Of a DNA stretch of 54,596 nt, positions 1-9,223 are shown one piece after another. Both the position numbers and the translations under genes were made by a program. Source of the stretch: Candidatus Parvarchaeota archaeon (lineage in GTDB: Archaea; Nanobdellota; Nanobdellia; B33-G15); assembly GCA_017608385.1 (NCBI GenBank), contig JAFCFZ010000009.1, forward strand, positions 1 through 54,596. Reading direction: 5' to 3'. The notes under the pieces are model-generated. The model searched no databases, was not told the DNA's origin, and was given only the letters and a program-made list of their open reading frames with translations. How positions within the stretch are numbered: the stretch's first letter is position 1; each line of letters starts with the position of its first letter.

Positions 1-953
1 GTCAAGCAGATGCCGCTGTTCTTGTAGTTGCCGTTAATGATGGTGTAATGCCTCAAACAAAGGAGCACATTTACTTGGCAAAAGTTATGGGAATTACTCA
101 AATAATGGTTGCCATGAATAAGATGGATGCAGTGAATTATGATGAGAAGAGATTCAATGAAGTGAAGAAAGAGGTAGAACAAATATTGAAAGGCGTTGGA
201 TATGATCCAAGCAAAATTCAATTTATACCTGTTTCAGCTACAGGCCCACAGAATATCAATGATAAACCAGATAAAATGGCATGGTACAGTGGAAAAACTA
301 TTGTAGGTGCAATGGACGATTTTACAGCTCCAGACAAACCAACAAACTTACCATTGAGAGTTCCAATCCAAGATGTATATACAATCAGTGGAGTAGGAAC
401 AGTTCCAGTTGGTAGAGTAGAGACAGGTATTTTGAGGCCAAACGATAAAATTATTGTTGAGCCTTCAGGTGCTGTTGGAGAGGTAAAAAGTTTGGAAATG
501 CACCATGAACAGATGCCACAAGCAGAGCCAGGAGACAACGTAGGAATGAATCTTAGGGGTGTCACAAAAGACAAAATACATAGAGGTTATGTATTAGGTC
601 CAGCAGACAATCCTCCAACCGTTGCAAAGGAATTCAAGGCACAGATAATCGTTATAAAGCACCCAACAGTGCTAACAGAGGGTTATTCGCCAGTTTTCCA
701 CATAAATACCTCACAAGTTTCTTGTAGATTCAAAAAGCTTTTAGCAAAATTGGATCCAAAAACAGGTGGAGTTTTACAGGAAAATCCAGAATTCTTGAAG
801 ACGGGAGACGCTGCCATTGTTTTAATTGAACCTTCAAGACCATTGGTTATAGAGCCGATGAAGAAAATTCCTCAGCTCGCTAGGTTTGCAATTAGAGACA
901 TGGGTGCGACAGTCGGAGCAGGAGTCTGTTTAGAGGTCACTCAGACCAAATAA
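1..953 (+). CDS. tuf: Translation elongation factor aEF-1 alpha, 5'-truncated at window edge
   Basis: Frame open from base 3 ([27 protein letters not shown]4 motif, VGRVETG, GDNVG); stop TAA 951-953; followed by rps10 as in the archaeal str-type gene order. Confidence 0.95.
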   Translation, partial: QADAAVLVVAVNDGVMPQTKEHIYLAKVMGITQIMVAMNKMDAVNYDEKRFNEVKKEVEQILKGVGYDPSKIQFIPVSATGPQNINDKPDKMAWYSGKTIVGAMDDFTAPDKPTNLPLRVPIQDVYTISGVGTVPVGRVETGILRPNDKIIVEPSGAVGEVKSLEMHHEQMPQAEPGDNVGMNLRGVTKDKIHRGYVLGPADNPPTVAKEFKAQIIVIKHPTVLTEGYSPVFHINTSQVSCRFKKLLAKLDPKTGGVLQENPEFLKTGDAAIVLIEPSRPLVIEPMKKIPQLARFAIRDMGATVGAGVCLEVTQTK

Positions 954-994
954 ACACTTCTTTTTTTCTTCTAATTTTTAATTTTATTTAGATA

Positions 995-1555
995 TTATCT
1001 TTTTCTGAAGATTTGCATGACTTCTTGATAATCTAGATCGTCTAATAATCTATTTCCTTTAGAATCTTTCATTGGAATTAATTTAGGACCAGGATTTGAT
1101 TTTCTGGAATTATAAATAAATAGTTCTGCCATTGCTCCTTTAGATATATAATCAGTACCAATATTAACTACATCTTTTAATAGTGAATAATCAAATAAAA
1201 CATTTTCAAGGATTTCTTCATATTTAGAGATATCCAAATCAATAACAAAATTAACATCAAAAAGTGAATTTTTAAGATCTAACTTATTTTTGATATATTC
1301 TATTCCATTTTTTCCCAAAAGGTCAACTAAATCTCTTACCTTGTTTTTCTTTATGAATTCTTTAGCAACTTTTGTTAAGAATATAAAACCTTTTTTGTCA
1401 ATTATTTCATTAACATTACTAAGAGCCCATTTCAAGAATTTTTTTATTGATTTATTTTCCCAAGAACTTACATCACCAATTTCCTCTAGAATTTGATCAA
1501 GATGTTCACTATCCTCTACTTTTATTTGAGGTTTTTCTGAAGATGTAAGATACAT
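995..1555 (-). CDS. Hypothetical protein (186 aa)
   Basis: Long ATG-initiated ORF with non-repetitive composition filling the tuf-rps10 gap on the opposite strand; no motif recognised. Confidence 0.55.
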   Translation of the reverse strand: MYLTSSEKPQIKVEDSEHLDQILEEIGDVSSWENKSIKKFLKWALSNVNEIIDKKGFIFLTKVAKEFIKKNKVRDLVDLLGKNGIEYIKNKLDLKNSLFDVNFVIDLDISKYEEILENVLFDYSLLKDVVNIGTDYISKGAMAELFIYNSRKSNPGPKLIPMKDSKGNRLLDDLDYQEVMQIFRKR

Positions 1556-1609
1556 TCATTTAAACTGATGTCACTGGAATATAAACATATGGAAGGGAGT
1601 ATGGAAAAT

Positions 1610-1620
1610 CTTTTTAAAGA
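1610..1620 (+). promoter_or_regulatory. TATA-like box upstream of rps10
   Basis: ctttttaaaga centred about 27 nt upstream of ATG 1642; same spacing recurs at many genes in this window (leaderless-type layout). Confidence 0.4.
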
Positions 1621-1641
1621 GTTACAAGCTCATTGTTTAAC

Positions 1642-1953
1642 ATGCCTAAAGCAAGAATAAAATTGACATCAACAAATCCAAAGATGTTAGATCACATATG
1701 TGATCAAATTAAAGGAATAGCTGATAGGGTAGGTGTAGATATGAAAGGACCCATACCTCTACCAACAAAGAGGATGAAAGTTCCAGTTAGAAGAAGTCCA
1801 TGTGGTTCTGGAAGAGAAACATATGAGACTTGGGAAATGAGGGTTCACAAAAGGCTAATAGATATGGGCGTTGATGATAGAGGACTTAGATTGATAATGA
1901 GAATCCCCATGCCAAAAAATGTTCATGTTGAAATGGAAATAGTCGAATCATGA
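1642..1953 (+). CDS. rps10: 30S ribosomal protein S10 (uS10)
   Basis: MPKARIKLTSTNPKMLD...GPIPLPTKR...WEMRVHKRLID is full-length S10; ATG 1642 preferred over the in-frame TTG 1633 of the ORF track. Confidence 0.93.
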   Translation: MPKARIKLTSTNPKMLDHICDQIKGIADRVGVDMKGPIPLPTKRMKVPVRRSPCGSGRETYETWEMRVHKRLIDMGVDDRGLRLIMRIPMPKNVHVEMEIVES

Positions 1954-2714
1954 TGGATGCTTTTCAAGCAATATTTTTAGGTATTATTCAAGGTATTACT
2001 GAATGGTTACCTATATCAAGTTCGGGTCACTTAGTTATTTTTCAAGAATTTTTGAATATTCCTGCAAGTGTTTCTTTTGATCTCTTATTACATCTAGGTA
2101 CTTTGGTTGTGATTTGTTTTGTTTTTAGAAAAGATATATGGAATATAATAAAAGCTGTTTTGAAAAGAGATTTTGAGTCAGAAGAAGGAAAGTGGGCTTA
2201 CTATATAATAATAGGATCTATCCCTATTTTTTTAGCTGGTTTATTTTTTGAACCAATAATTGATCTGTTTTTTTCTAGTGTTCTTGTTGCAGGTATAGGA
2301 TGGATTATTACTGGAATATTTCTTTATTTTACTAAAACAATAAAAAATAATTTGACAGTTAACAAAAAGTCATCAATCAATATAGGAATTGTCCAGGCTT
2401 TTGCATTAATTCCTGGAGTTTCCAGAAGTGGTTCTACTATTTCAATGGGAATCTTTTCTGGAGTAGAGAGAGATGTTGCAGCTAAGTTTTCTTTTTTGTT
2501 GTCTATTCCTGCTATTTTGGGTGCCATGGTATTGAAAATAAATGATTTTTCAATTGATTTTGTGTCCATTATTGGATTATTGACCTCAATAATTGTTGGT
2601 TATTTGTCTTTGAGACTTCTTCTTAAGATAGTTAGGAGAGGAGATTTGTGGAAATTCTCTTATTATTGCTTTATTTTGGGTTTTTCAGCAATTGTGTTGT
2701 TTAGTAGAATTTAA
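1950..2714 (+). CDS. uppP: Undecaprenyl/polyprenyl-diphosphate phosphatase (BacA/UppP family)
   Basis: EWLPISSSGHL and PGVSRSGSTI signature motifs; polytopic membrane protein; ATG 1950 overlaps the rps10 stop (ATGA). Confidence 0.9.
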   Translation: MMDAFQAIFLGIIQGITEWLPISSSGHLVIFQEFLNIPASVSFDLLLHLGTLVVICFVFRKDIWNIIKAVLKRDFESEEGKWAYYIIIGSIPIFLAGLFFEPIIDLFFSSVLVAGIGWIITGIFLYFTKTIKNNLTVNKKSSINIGIVQAFALIPGVSRSGSTISMGIFSGVERDVAAKFSFLLSIPAILGAMVLKINDFSIDFVSIIGLLTSIIVGYLSLRLLLKIVRRGDLWKFSYYCFILGFSAIVLFSRI

Positions 2715-2733
2715 GAAATGATTTAAAAACAGA

Positions 2734-3342
2734 ATGCTTGATTTTTTTATGAAAGAAGAGCTTTCTGAGATACTTGTTTCCTTTCTTGGACTTATATTAA
2801 TATTTTTAGTTCCTTCTCAATATTCCCTATATAATATAACATTATTTGGAATAGCAATAACTATTGCTTTTCTTGCAAGGATTTGTTTACAAAAATATTT
2901 TTCCAAAAAATCAAAATACGAGACAGATAAAAAACTATTATTTATCTCTTTGTTTATATCTTTGATAAGCTTTGGAACACTTAAATGGGCTGTTGCAGGT
3001 GGTTTAAAAAACAAGACAAAGAAAGTAGCTGCTTATGGTGTTGTTTTTAACATCATCATGGGAATTTCTTTTTTATTGATGACAATGTTTTCAGGAACGA
3101 TGGTTTTGCTTTCTCAAGAAATTTTTATCATGACCTTCTCTTTTTTCATAATTTCTAATGTGAATTTTGTATTTGCAATATCAAATATGCTTCCTGTGGG
3201 AAATTTAGATGGAAAAATCCTATATAATAAGGATAGAAAATTATTTTGGGCTCTTTTTTCTTTATCTTTGTGTACCTTTTTCTTGTTATTATTATGGTAT
3301 AGATTCTCAATAATCTATCAATTTTTCAATATTAATTTCTGA
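2734..3342 (+). CDS. Polytopic membrane protein, degenerate M50 (site-2 protease)-like, catalytically dead
   Basis: C-terminal NMLPVGNLDGKILY resembles the M50 NxxPxxxLDG motif, but the protein contains no His at all, so there is no HExxH. Confidence 0.5.
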   Translation: MLDFFMKEELSEILVSFLGLILIFLVPSQYSLYNITLFGIAITIAFLARICLQKYFSKKSKYETDKKLLFISLFISLISFGTLKWAVAGGLKNKTKKVAAYGVVFNIIMGISFLLMTMFSGTMVLLSQEIFIMTFSFFIISNVNFVFAISNMLPVGNLDGKILYNKDRKLFWALFSLSLCTFFLLLLWYRFSIIYQFFNINF

Positions 3343-3360
3343 AACTAGTTTTCTACCCGT

Positions 3361-3369
3361 ATTTATAAG
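3361..3369 (+). promoter_or_regulatory. TATA-like box upstream of 3392 ORF
   Basis: atttataag centred about 27 nt upstream of ATG 3392. Confidence 0.4.
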
Positions 3370-3391
3370 TTGTTTCTGGTTATTTTACGGT

Positions 3392-3811
3392 ATGGAACAG
3401 AATATTCCTTCATTAATGTTAGCAGATCATAAGAAGATTGAATTTTGTTTGGTTGAATTAAAGAATAACTTAGACAGCGATGATGCTTTAAAGTGCTTTA
3501 ATCAACTCAAATGGACTATTCAAAAACATATGTTTACAGAGGAAAATGCTATATTTACCATGTTTAATCCTCAAGATGAGGATTTTGAAACAACTGAAAA
3601 GCTCATGAAAGACCATGTGAAGATTTTAGAGATTTTGGGGAAATTAGAAGTAGCAATGAAGATAAAAACAAACATAGATTTTAGTTATTTTGAGTCTTTT
3701 TTCACAAAACACAAAGATTTTGAGGAGGAATTATTTTATCCTAGCTTAGATAGATCACTTTCTAAAAAACAAAAGAAATCAGTGTTAAGAAAGATAATCG
3801 AAAAAGTATGA
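3392..3811 (+). CDS. Hemerythrin HHE cation-binding domain-like protein
   Basis: Repeated H-x3-E style helices (ADHKKIE, QKHMFTEENAIF, KDHVKILE, KHKDFEEELFYP) typical of hemerythrin-like domains. Confidence 0.5.
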   Translation: MEQNIPSLMLADHKKIEFCLVELKNNLDSDDALKCFNQLKWTIQKHMFTEENAIFTMFNPQDEDFETTEKLMKDHVKILEILGKLEVAMKIKTNIDFSYFESFFTKHKDFEEELFYPSLDRSLSKKQKKSVLRKIIEKV

Positions 3812-3852
3812 ATTTACCATCTAGGAGCAATAAACTTTAATTTAGACTATGT

Positions 3853-4098
3853 ATGCAAATATCAATGAAAATACCTAAAGGATGGAAGATAAAGAAGGAT
3901 ACTAAAGAATTGATAGTTTATGAAGCTGAGAAGTATATGATATATCTCTGGAAAAAAAGGAAAGATTACACAGTAGAAACATTCAGAAAATCCTCAACAT
4001 ATAACACTCGTCTTTTTGTACAGTCTTTTTTAAGTCTTAGGAATGCAAAGAAATTCTCGAAGGATATAATGAAAAGAGATAGAATAAGGAAATATTGA
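3853..4098 (+). CDS. Hypothetical small basic protein (81 aa)
   Basis: ATG ORF in an otherwise empty gap; no motif recognised. Confidence 0.4.
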   Translation: MQISMKIPKGWKIKKDTKELIVYEAEKYMIYLWKKRKDYTVETFRKSSTYNTRLFVQSFLSLRNAKKFSKDIMKRDRIRKY

Positions 4099-4100
4099 AG

Positions 4101-4114
4101 TTTTTATAAATAAG
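4101..4114 (+). promoter_or_regulatory. TATA-like box upstream of 4136 ORF
   Basis: tttttataaataag centred about 29 nt upstream of ATG 4136. Confidence 0.4.
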
Positions 4115-4135
4115 TTTAGTTATAATAATATACTA

Positions 4136-4570
4136 ATGGAACATATAGCTATTATGGAGAGATCTTGGGATCTAACAAAGAAAATACTTCTTGGAGATAA
4201 AATTATTGAATCAAGGCTTTATGAAAAAGAGGTTCCTCCATGGAATCTAATTCAAAAAGAAGAAACAATTTATTTCAAAGAGATAGGAGATCTTATCAAA
4301 TTAAAGGCAAATGTAGAGAAAGTAGTTCAATATTCTAATTTAACTCCTTTGAAAATAAAGAAGATTTGTGATAAATACGGTCACTTTTGTGGATTTGATA
4401 ATGAAGAAAAGCAGGTTTTTTATGAAGAATGTAAGGACAAGAAGTTTTGTATCCTGATTTTTATAAAAAATCCAGAATTAGTTAGGCCTTTTGAAATAAA
4501 TAATCATGAATTTGAAAAAGAATCTATGTGGATTTCAGTGGAAGATATAAAACAAATCAGATGTTTTTGA
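4136..4570 (+). CDS. ASCH/PUA-like domain protein (tentative)
   Basis: N-terminal IAIMERSWDLTKKILLGDKIIESR...IYFKE pattern resembles ASCH domains; weak call. Confidence 0.45.
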   Translation: MEHIAIMERSWDLTKKILLGDKIIESRLYEKEVPPWNLIQKEETIYFKEIGDLIKLKANVEKVVQYSNLTPLKIKKICDKYGHFCGFDNEEKQVFYEECKDKKFCILIFIKNPELVRPFEINNHEFEKESMWISVEDIKQIRCF

Positions 4571-4611
4571 TAACCCCAAGATATTTTAAGGATTGGAAAT
4601 AGTTTAATTCA

Positions 4612-4908
4612 ATGACTAATAAAAAGGACATTCTTGAGAATCTAAAAAAAGTTATTGATCCAGAGATTGGGGAAAATGTTGTTGACCTTGGTTTTATCAG
4701 AGAAGTTAAAACAAGCAAGGATAACGTGGAAATAATAATGACATTAACAACACCTTTTTGTCCAATGGCAGGAAACATAGTTAGTGATGTGAAAAAATCA
4801 GTGGAAAAGATGGGAATCAAGAAGGTTGATGTTAAATTAGATTTTGAAAAACCATGGAGTCCGGAGATGATGAAAGATGAAGTTAGGATTAGACTTGGTT
4901 TCGATTAA
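4612..4908 (+). CDS. DUF59/MIP18-family Fe-S cluster assembly protein (SufT/PaaD-like)
   Basis: VIDPEIGENVVDLGFI...MTLTTPFCPMAGNI is the hallmark DUF59 core with the conserved Cys. Confidence 0.8.
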   Translation: MTNKKDILENLKKVIDPEIGENVVDLGFIREVKTSKDNVEIIMTLTTPFCPMAGNIVSDVKKSVEKMGIKKVDVKLDFEKPWSPEMMKDEVRIRLGFD

Positions 4909-4912
4909 AAAG

Positions 4913-5257
4913 ATGCTTGAAATAAAGCAGTTTTTTAGATTTTTAGTGGCTAATTCTGAATGGATAGTTATATTGTACATGCTTCTTGTTTCTGCAGGAT
5001 TAAGTGTTCCTATTGGATTAGGTGAGGGAGGCGCAAGTATTGGTCATTTATTAGTATTTATCCCATATGGGTTCTTTTTTGGATTGATGAGTCCAGACTT
5101 CTTGCTTCTTATTGGATTTCCAATTTATGGAGAGTTTATCCAGTTATTTTTTCCATGGAAGTATTTTGATTTAGCAGATATGTCCATCAATATAGTAGGT
5201 GCATTTATTGGGTTCTTTATTGCAATATCAATCAAAAGAAGAATCGTGTTTTCTTAA
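4913..5257 (+). CDS. VanZ-like membrane protein (tentative)
   Basis: GEFIQLFFPWKYFDLADMSINIVGAFIGF fits the VanZ E..Q..P.R....D...N..G..G pattern; ATG 4913 chosen because the track start 4877 overlaps the preceding gene. Confidence 0.5.
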   Translation: MLEIKQFFRFLVANSEWIVILYMLLVSAGLSVPIGLGEGGASIGHLLVFIPYGFFFGLMSPDFLLLIGFPIYGEFIQLFFPWKYFDLADMSINIVGAFIGFFIAISIKRRIVFS

Positions 5258-5984
5258 TTGAAAATTCTCTTCTTTCAGCACTTATTTTATATTTTTTAGA
5301 TAGTATCTCTTCAAACCTTTCTAGGTCTCTTCTCAATGCAAATTTGAGAAAGATGAAGGTGCTTATTAAAACTTGAATATAGATTATTACAGAAACCCAT
5401 AATATTTCTTGAAGAGTGATTAATGAAACTCCCTTTTCTAAGATACTTAATACAAGAGAAACAACAACAAACATACTTGCAAATCCTCTGAATCTTTGGG
5501 AGAACCAATTTCCTAATCTTTCTATATATTGTTCTTTATCATCTACATATCTCAATCCACTTTGATCTAATAACCATATTACTGCAGCAACAAGGAATAT
5601 GAATGGGAATGACAAGGTAGTGAAAAATGCTTGCATTTCAAACAAATATCCAAAACTAGGTTCACCAGTTTGTAATAAAATACTTATGAAAAATAGAAAG
5701 GGATAAAGAGAATATTCAAGAATTTTAAGGAAACTCATATCGGAAACAATAAAACGATAATATTTTCTTGTGCTTCTAAGTCTTTTAGAAAATGCAGGAC
5801 CTCTATGTGCCCAAAAAACAATTTCAGCAAGATTTGGTGCAAAAAAGTAAGAGAAAACCAAAGGTAATACAAACATCACATATGAGTGTGCTATTATAGG
5901 AAATAATAAAGATATTGCGAAGAAAATGAACAGAAAAAGAGATTGAATATCTCTGTTTCTAATTCTTTGTTTATTGAACTTCAT
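5232..5984 (-). CDS. Hypothetical polytopic membrane protein (250 aa)
   Basis: Several long hydrophobic segments, ATG start; no family recognised. Confidence 0.55.
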   Translation of the reverse strand: MKFNKQRIRNRDIQSLFLFIFFAISLLFPIIAHSYVMFVLPLVFSYFFAPNLAEIVFWAHRGPAFSKRLRSTRKYYRFIVSDMSFLKILEYSLYPFLFFISILLQTGEPSFGYLFEMQAFFTTLSFPFIFLVAAVIWLLDQSGLRYVDDKEQYIERLGNWFSQRFRGFASMFVVVSLVLSILEKGVSLITLQEILWVSVIIYIQVLISTFIFLKFALRRDLERFEEILSKKYKISAERREFSIKKTRFFF

Positions 5985-6014
5985 TAAACTGTTGAAACAA
6001 GTTAGAAATAAAAA

Positions 6015-6066
6015 GCTTTAGCAGCTTCCGTCTGCTTGAGGCTTTAGCAGCTTCCGTCTGCTTGAG
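6015..6066. repeat. Perfect 2 x 26-bp tandem duplication spanning the stop codon of the DsbA-like gene
   Basis: gctttagcagcttccgtctgcttgag occurs at 6015-6040 and again at 6041-6066 with no mismatch; copy 2 encodes the last residues (SQADGSC-stop) on the minus strand. Confidence 0.9.
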
Positions 6067-7078
6067 ATCCATCATCTGATAGAACCACATCACATGCTGC
6101 AGGAGCATTGTTGAAGGCCGAACAAATAGCTTGTTTGTAAGCTTCAGGTGTTCTTGCAACATTTACTATTGCTCCGTTTATCATTAAAGTTGGAGATCCA
6201 CTAACGCCAAATTGAGATGTTAATAGTGTATCTGCTTGCATTAATGACAATCCATCTGTTTCAAAACAAGATTGGACTGCTGCTTTGTCAATCCCAGTTA
6301 CATCTGCTGCAGATTCCCAACAAGTCTCTATGTTATTTAAAGTACAATTTTTATTGGTGTAAGCTAGGAAATCCCAAAATGTTTGAATATCATAATCTCT
6401 TTGGATGCATGCTTCCCTTATGTTTTGATTGGCTTCAACTGGCCCATGAAGTGAGTTTATTGTTTCTCCAGATATAGAAACAATGTAATGAATTTTGAGG
6501 TCTATTGTATTTCCCAATAGTTCAACCACAGGATCCATTGCTTCTTCAGCAACATTTCCATAAGGACAGTATGACATTACATACAATTTAACTTCAGGAA
6601 CATCAGACTTTATTACCGTTGTTGCAGGTGGTTGTGCTGGAGCTTGTGAATTAACCAAAGCATAACTATCTGCATAAGAACCGATTAATTCATCAACCTC
6701 TTCTGGTTGTGATAAGTATAAATATTTTCCATCTTTTGAGATTAGAATAGTTATGTCAGAACCTTGCCATGCTGTTGTGACTTCATAGAGATCATCATTA
6801 AATATTACCGTGCTAACAAAAGTTGCGTTTCCTCCAGAATCAATTACTTGAGGCAAGGAATTAATTGCTTGAACTGCTCTGGCTCCTGCGGATTCTGAAG
6901 TTATAACAGCCATTCCTGTTACCCCTCCTGTTAAATGAAGACCTATGCTTAAGGCAAGGACTATTGATAAAACAATAATCATGTATTGATATTGTTGTTC
7001 AGTGAAAGCGAAACTCTTCTTATCTTTCTTTTTTTCTTCTTTCTTCTCTACTTTTTTCTCAGATTTTTTTCTAGCCAT
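6044..7078 (-). CDS. Membrane-anchored DsbA/thioredoxin-fold protein with monothiol CPYG site
   Basis: Lys-rich N-terminal tail plus one TM, then LYVMSYCPYGN (CxxC position reads CPYG) and a GVSGSPTLMING cis-Pro loop typical of DsbA-like folds. Confidence 0.65.
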   Translation of the reverse strand: MARKKSEKKVEKKEEKKKDKKSFAFTEQQYQYMIIVLSIVLALSIGLHLTGGVTGMAVITSESAGARAVQAINSLPQVIDSGGNATFVSTVIFNDDLYEVTTAWQGSDITILISKDGKYLYLSQPEEVDELIGSYADSYALVNSQAPAQPPATTVIKSDVPEVKLYVMSYCPYGNVAEEAMDPVVELLGNTIDLKIHYIVSISGETINSLHGPVEANQNIREACIQRDYDIQTFWDFLAYTNKNCTLNNIETCWESAADVTGIDKAAVQSCFETDGLSLMQADTLLTSQFGVSGSPTLMINGAIVNVARTPEAYKQAICSAFNNAPAACDVVLSDDGSQADGSC

Positions 7079-7124
7079 TAAGAAATTGGATAAAAGTCTT
7101 TTTTATAAAGTTTTTCATTCAAAA

Positions 7125-7376
7125 TTAACTGCTTTTTTTGAAAAATTCTTTTTTGATCCCATTCATTACTCCCTTTCCCATAAGGAGTAAACCTAAGTTT
7201 CCTTCAATAAGAGGTAGGAAAAAGAAGAAAGCACCCCAAAAATAATTACCCATGGTCAATAAAATGAAACCTAATCCCCCTATAGGGAGTCCAAGAATCC
7301 AGAGGAGAAACCCAAATTTATTGATTTTGGGAAGGTCTTTTAAAATCTTAAAAATCCTTTTGAGTTTCTCTTTCAT
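7125..7376 (-). CDS. Small membrane protein (83 aa)
   Basis: Two hydrophobic helices after a basic N-terminus; no family recognised. Confidence 0.4.
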   Translation of the reverse strand: MKEKLKRIFKILKDLPKINKFGFLLWILGLPIGGLGFILLTMGNYFWGAFFFFLPLIEGNLGLLLMGKGVMNGIKKEFFKKSS

Positions 7377-7447
7377 TTTTTGAGAATGGTGAGGAGTTAT
7401 TTATTTTTTGTGGAAAAAGATATAATAAGTATCTCTTTAGAAAGATC

Positions 7448-7915
7448 ATGGATAAAAAAGAGAAGATGAATAAGGATTATGAAAAATTGATGAAGAAGTA
7501 TTTATGGCCTTCTTTGGAAGAACTAGAGTCTGTTTTAGGAACGCATCTAGATAAGGAAACAAATTACTATATGTTCTTCACTTCTGCTTTACACAAGAAG
7601 TTAGTAGCGCCAACTCACATGATCGCTAATTTATTTATGCCAAAAGACATCTTTTCAATGATAGAGATTAAGTTCTTTACAAATGAAGAAAAGGAAGATT
7701 TGTTAAAATTTGGTCAAGATTGTTTACAGAGAATATGTAATTTGGAGAAAGTTTTTGTTTCTGAAGACAATGACGAGAAGGGAAAAATAGTTAAAGAAAC
7801 TTATGACTTTTATAAAAAGGAAGTTATGCCCTTTGTTAGGAAATTATTGGATAAAATGTCAGACAAATGGGGAGAAAAAAGTATAGATAAGGAAGTCCAA
7901 AACTATTTTGGATAA
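7448..7915 (+). CDS. Hypothetical protein (155 aa)
   Basis: ATG ORF whose stop overlaps the aspS start region; no motif recognised. Confidence 0.55.
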   Translation: MDKKEKMNKDYEKLMKKYLWPSLEELESVLGTHLDKETNYYMFFTSALHKKLVAPTHMIANLFMPKDIFSMIEIKFFTNEEKEDLLKFGQDCLQRICNLEKVFVSEDNDEKGKIVKETYDFYKKEVMPFVRKLLDKMSDKWGEKSIDKEVQNYFG

Positions 7916-9191
7916 AAATAAATACCCAGCTGTTTTTTCTTGTTCTATGGAATTATTTGGTTGGATTTCTGAATTAAGGGATTTTGGAGGATTAAGATTC
8001 ATTATTCTTAGAGATTCAGAAGGTTTTCATCAAGTTACTCTACCAAAAAAAGTAGTTTCCTCCAAAGTATTCAAATTATTTGAAGAATTGACAAAAGAGT
8101 CTGTTATTTATGTGGAGGGAAAGGAGAAAAAATCTGAAAGAGCAATGAATGGAAAAGAACTAATACCTTCAAAAATAAAAGTGATTTCCATATCTGAACA
8201 ACCGGTCCCTCTTGATATTTCTGGAAAAATATCTTCAGGATTAGATGCACGACTTGATTGGAGAAGTATTGATTTGAGGACATTAGACAACCAGGCAATT
8301 TTTAGAGTTAGAGCCAAGGTGATGAGATATTGGAGAGAATTTTTAGATAAGAACCATTTTTTAGAGGTCTCAACACCAACAATTATGGGAGTTGCTTCAG
8401 AAAGTGGAGCAGAGGTTTTTTCTATCTCATATTTTAATAAAAAAGCATTTTTAAGACAAGATCCGCAGCTTCATAGACAATTGACAATTTTGGGAGGATT
8501 TCCTAAAATATATGATCTTGGTCCTAATTGGAGAGCTGAAAAAAGTCATACAACAAGGCATGTTACTGAATTCACTTCTTGTGCAGTTGAGATGAATAAT
8601 ATCAAAGATGAGTATGAGATTATGGAATTAGAAGAAAAGATGATAAAATATTGTCTTAAGAAATTAGAAACTGATGAAGATTTTAAAAAGATGAAAATCA
8701 AATTGGATGTTCCTTCAAAATTTCCAGTTCTTGAGTTTCCTGAAATATATAAAATTCTTGAGAAAAAGGGTAAGAAATTCAAACCAGAAGAAGATATTGA
8801 TACTGAATCCGAATATTTGTTAGGAGAATATGTTAAAAAGAAATACAAGAGTGACTTTTTCTTTCTTAATAAATTTCCATTCAAATCCAAACCCTTCTAT
8901 GTTATGAAAGAAGGAGAGTATGCAAGAAGCACAGACTTAATCTTCAAAGGGATGGAGATGAGTTCTGGAGGTCAAAGAGAGCACAGATATGATGAATTAA
9001 TGAAAAATGTTAAAGACAAGAAACTAGGAACAAAGAGCATTGAATGGTTTACAAAATTCTTTAGATATGGTGCTCCAACTCATGGAGGTTTTGCAATAGG
9101 TGTTGAGAGATTTGTCAAACAATTATTGGATTTACAAAACATTAGAGAAGCCATTTTATTCCCAAGAGATGTGGAAAGACTTGCCCCGTAA
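7908..9191 (+). CDS. aspS: Aspartyl-tRNA synthetase, archaeal type
   Basis: N-terminal OB fold; class II motifs FRVRAKVMRYWREFL..FLEVSTPTI, QDPQLHRQL, GPNWRAEKSHTTRHVTEF, GGQREHRYD, HGGFAIGVERF; TTG 7908 as in the track (alternative ATG 7947). Confidence 0.93.
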   Translation: MDKNKYPAVFSCSMELFGWISELRDFGGLRFIILRDSEGFHQVTLPKKVVSSKVFKLFEELTKESVIYVEGKEKKSERAMNGKELIPSKIKVISISEQPVPLDISGKISSGLDARLDWRSIDLRTLDNQAIFRVRAKVMRYWREFLDKNHFLEVSTPTIMGVASESGAEVFSISYFNKKAFLRQDPQLHRQLTILGGFPKIYDLGPNWRAEKSHTTRHVTEFTSCAVEMNNIKDEYEIMELEEKMIKYCLKKLETDEDFKKMKIKLDVPSKFPVLEFPEIYKILEKKGKKFKPEEDIDTESEYLLGEYVKKKYKSDFFFLNKFPFKSKPFYVMKEGEYARSTDLIFKGMEMSSGGQREHRYDELMKNVKDKKLGTKSIEWFTKFFRYGAPTHGGFAIGVERFVKQLLDLQNIREAILFPRDVERLAP

Positions 9192-9223
9192 AATTAATAA
9201 CAGAAACACTCTTTATCTATTCT

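Noticed and set aside
218-574. Antisense or alternate-frame track ORFs inside strongly supported genes (for example 218-574, 1290-1496, 2324-2569, 2817-3014, 8104-8317, 8546-8890, 9844-10246, 10640-10837, 12472-12666, 14062-15172, 18017-18340, 19917-21607 minus-strand ORFs, 25159-25374, 25463-25969, 32486-33499, 40303-41037, 45517-45825, 47810-48016, 49629-49853, 50834-51091, 51552-51770, 52357-52608)
   Set aside because: Each lies entirely within a gene that has clear family motifs on the other strand or frame. Their translations are low-complexity (Ser/Leu/Phe/Ile-rich), as expected for shadow ORFs in AT-rich DNA.
5971-6477. Track ORFs 5971-6162 (-) and 6217-6477 (+) overlapping the DsbA-like gene
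   Set aside because: These are alternative frames of a well-supported 344-aa gene. 5971-6162 only exists because it reads through the 26-bp tandem duplication.
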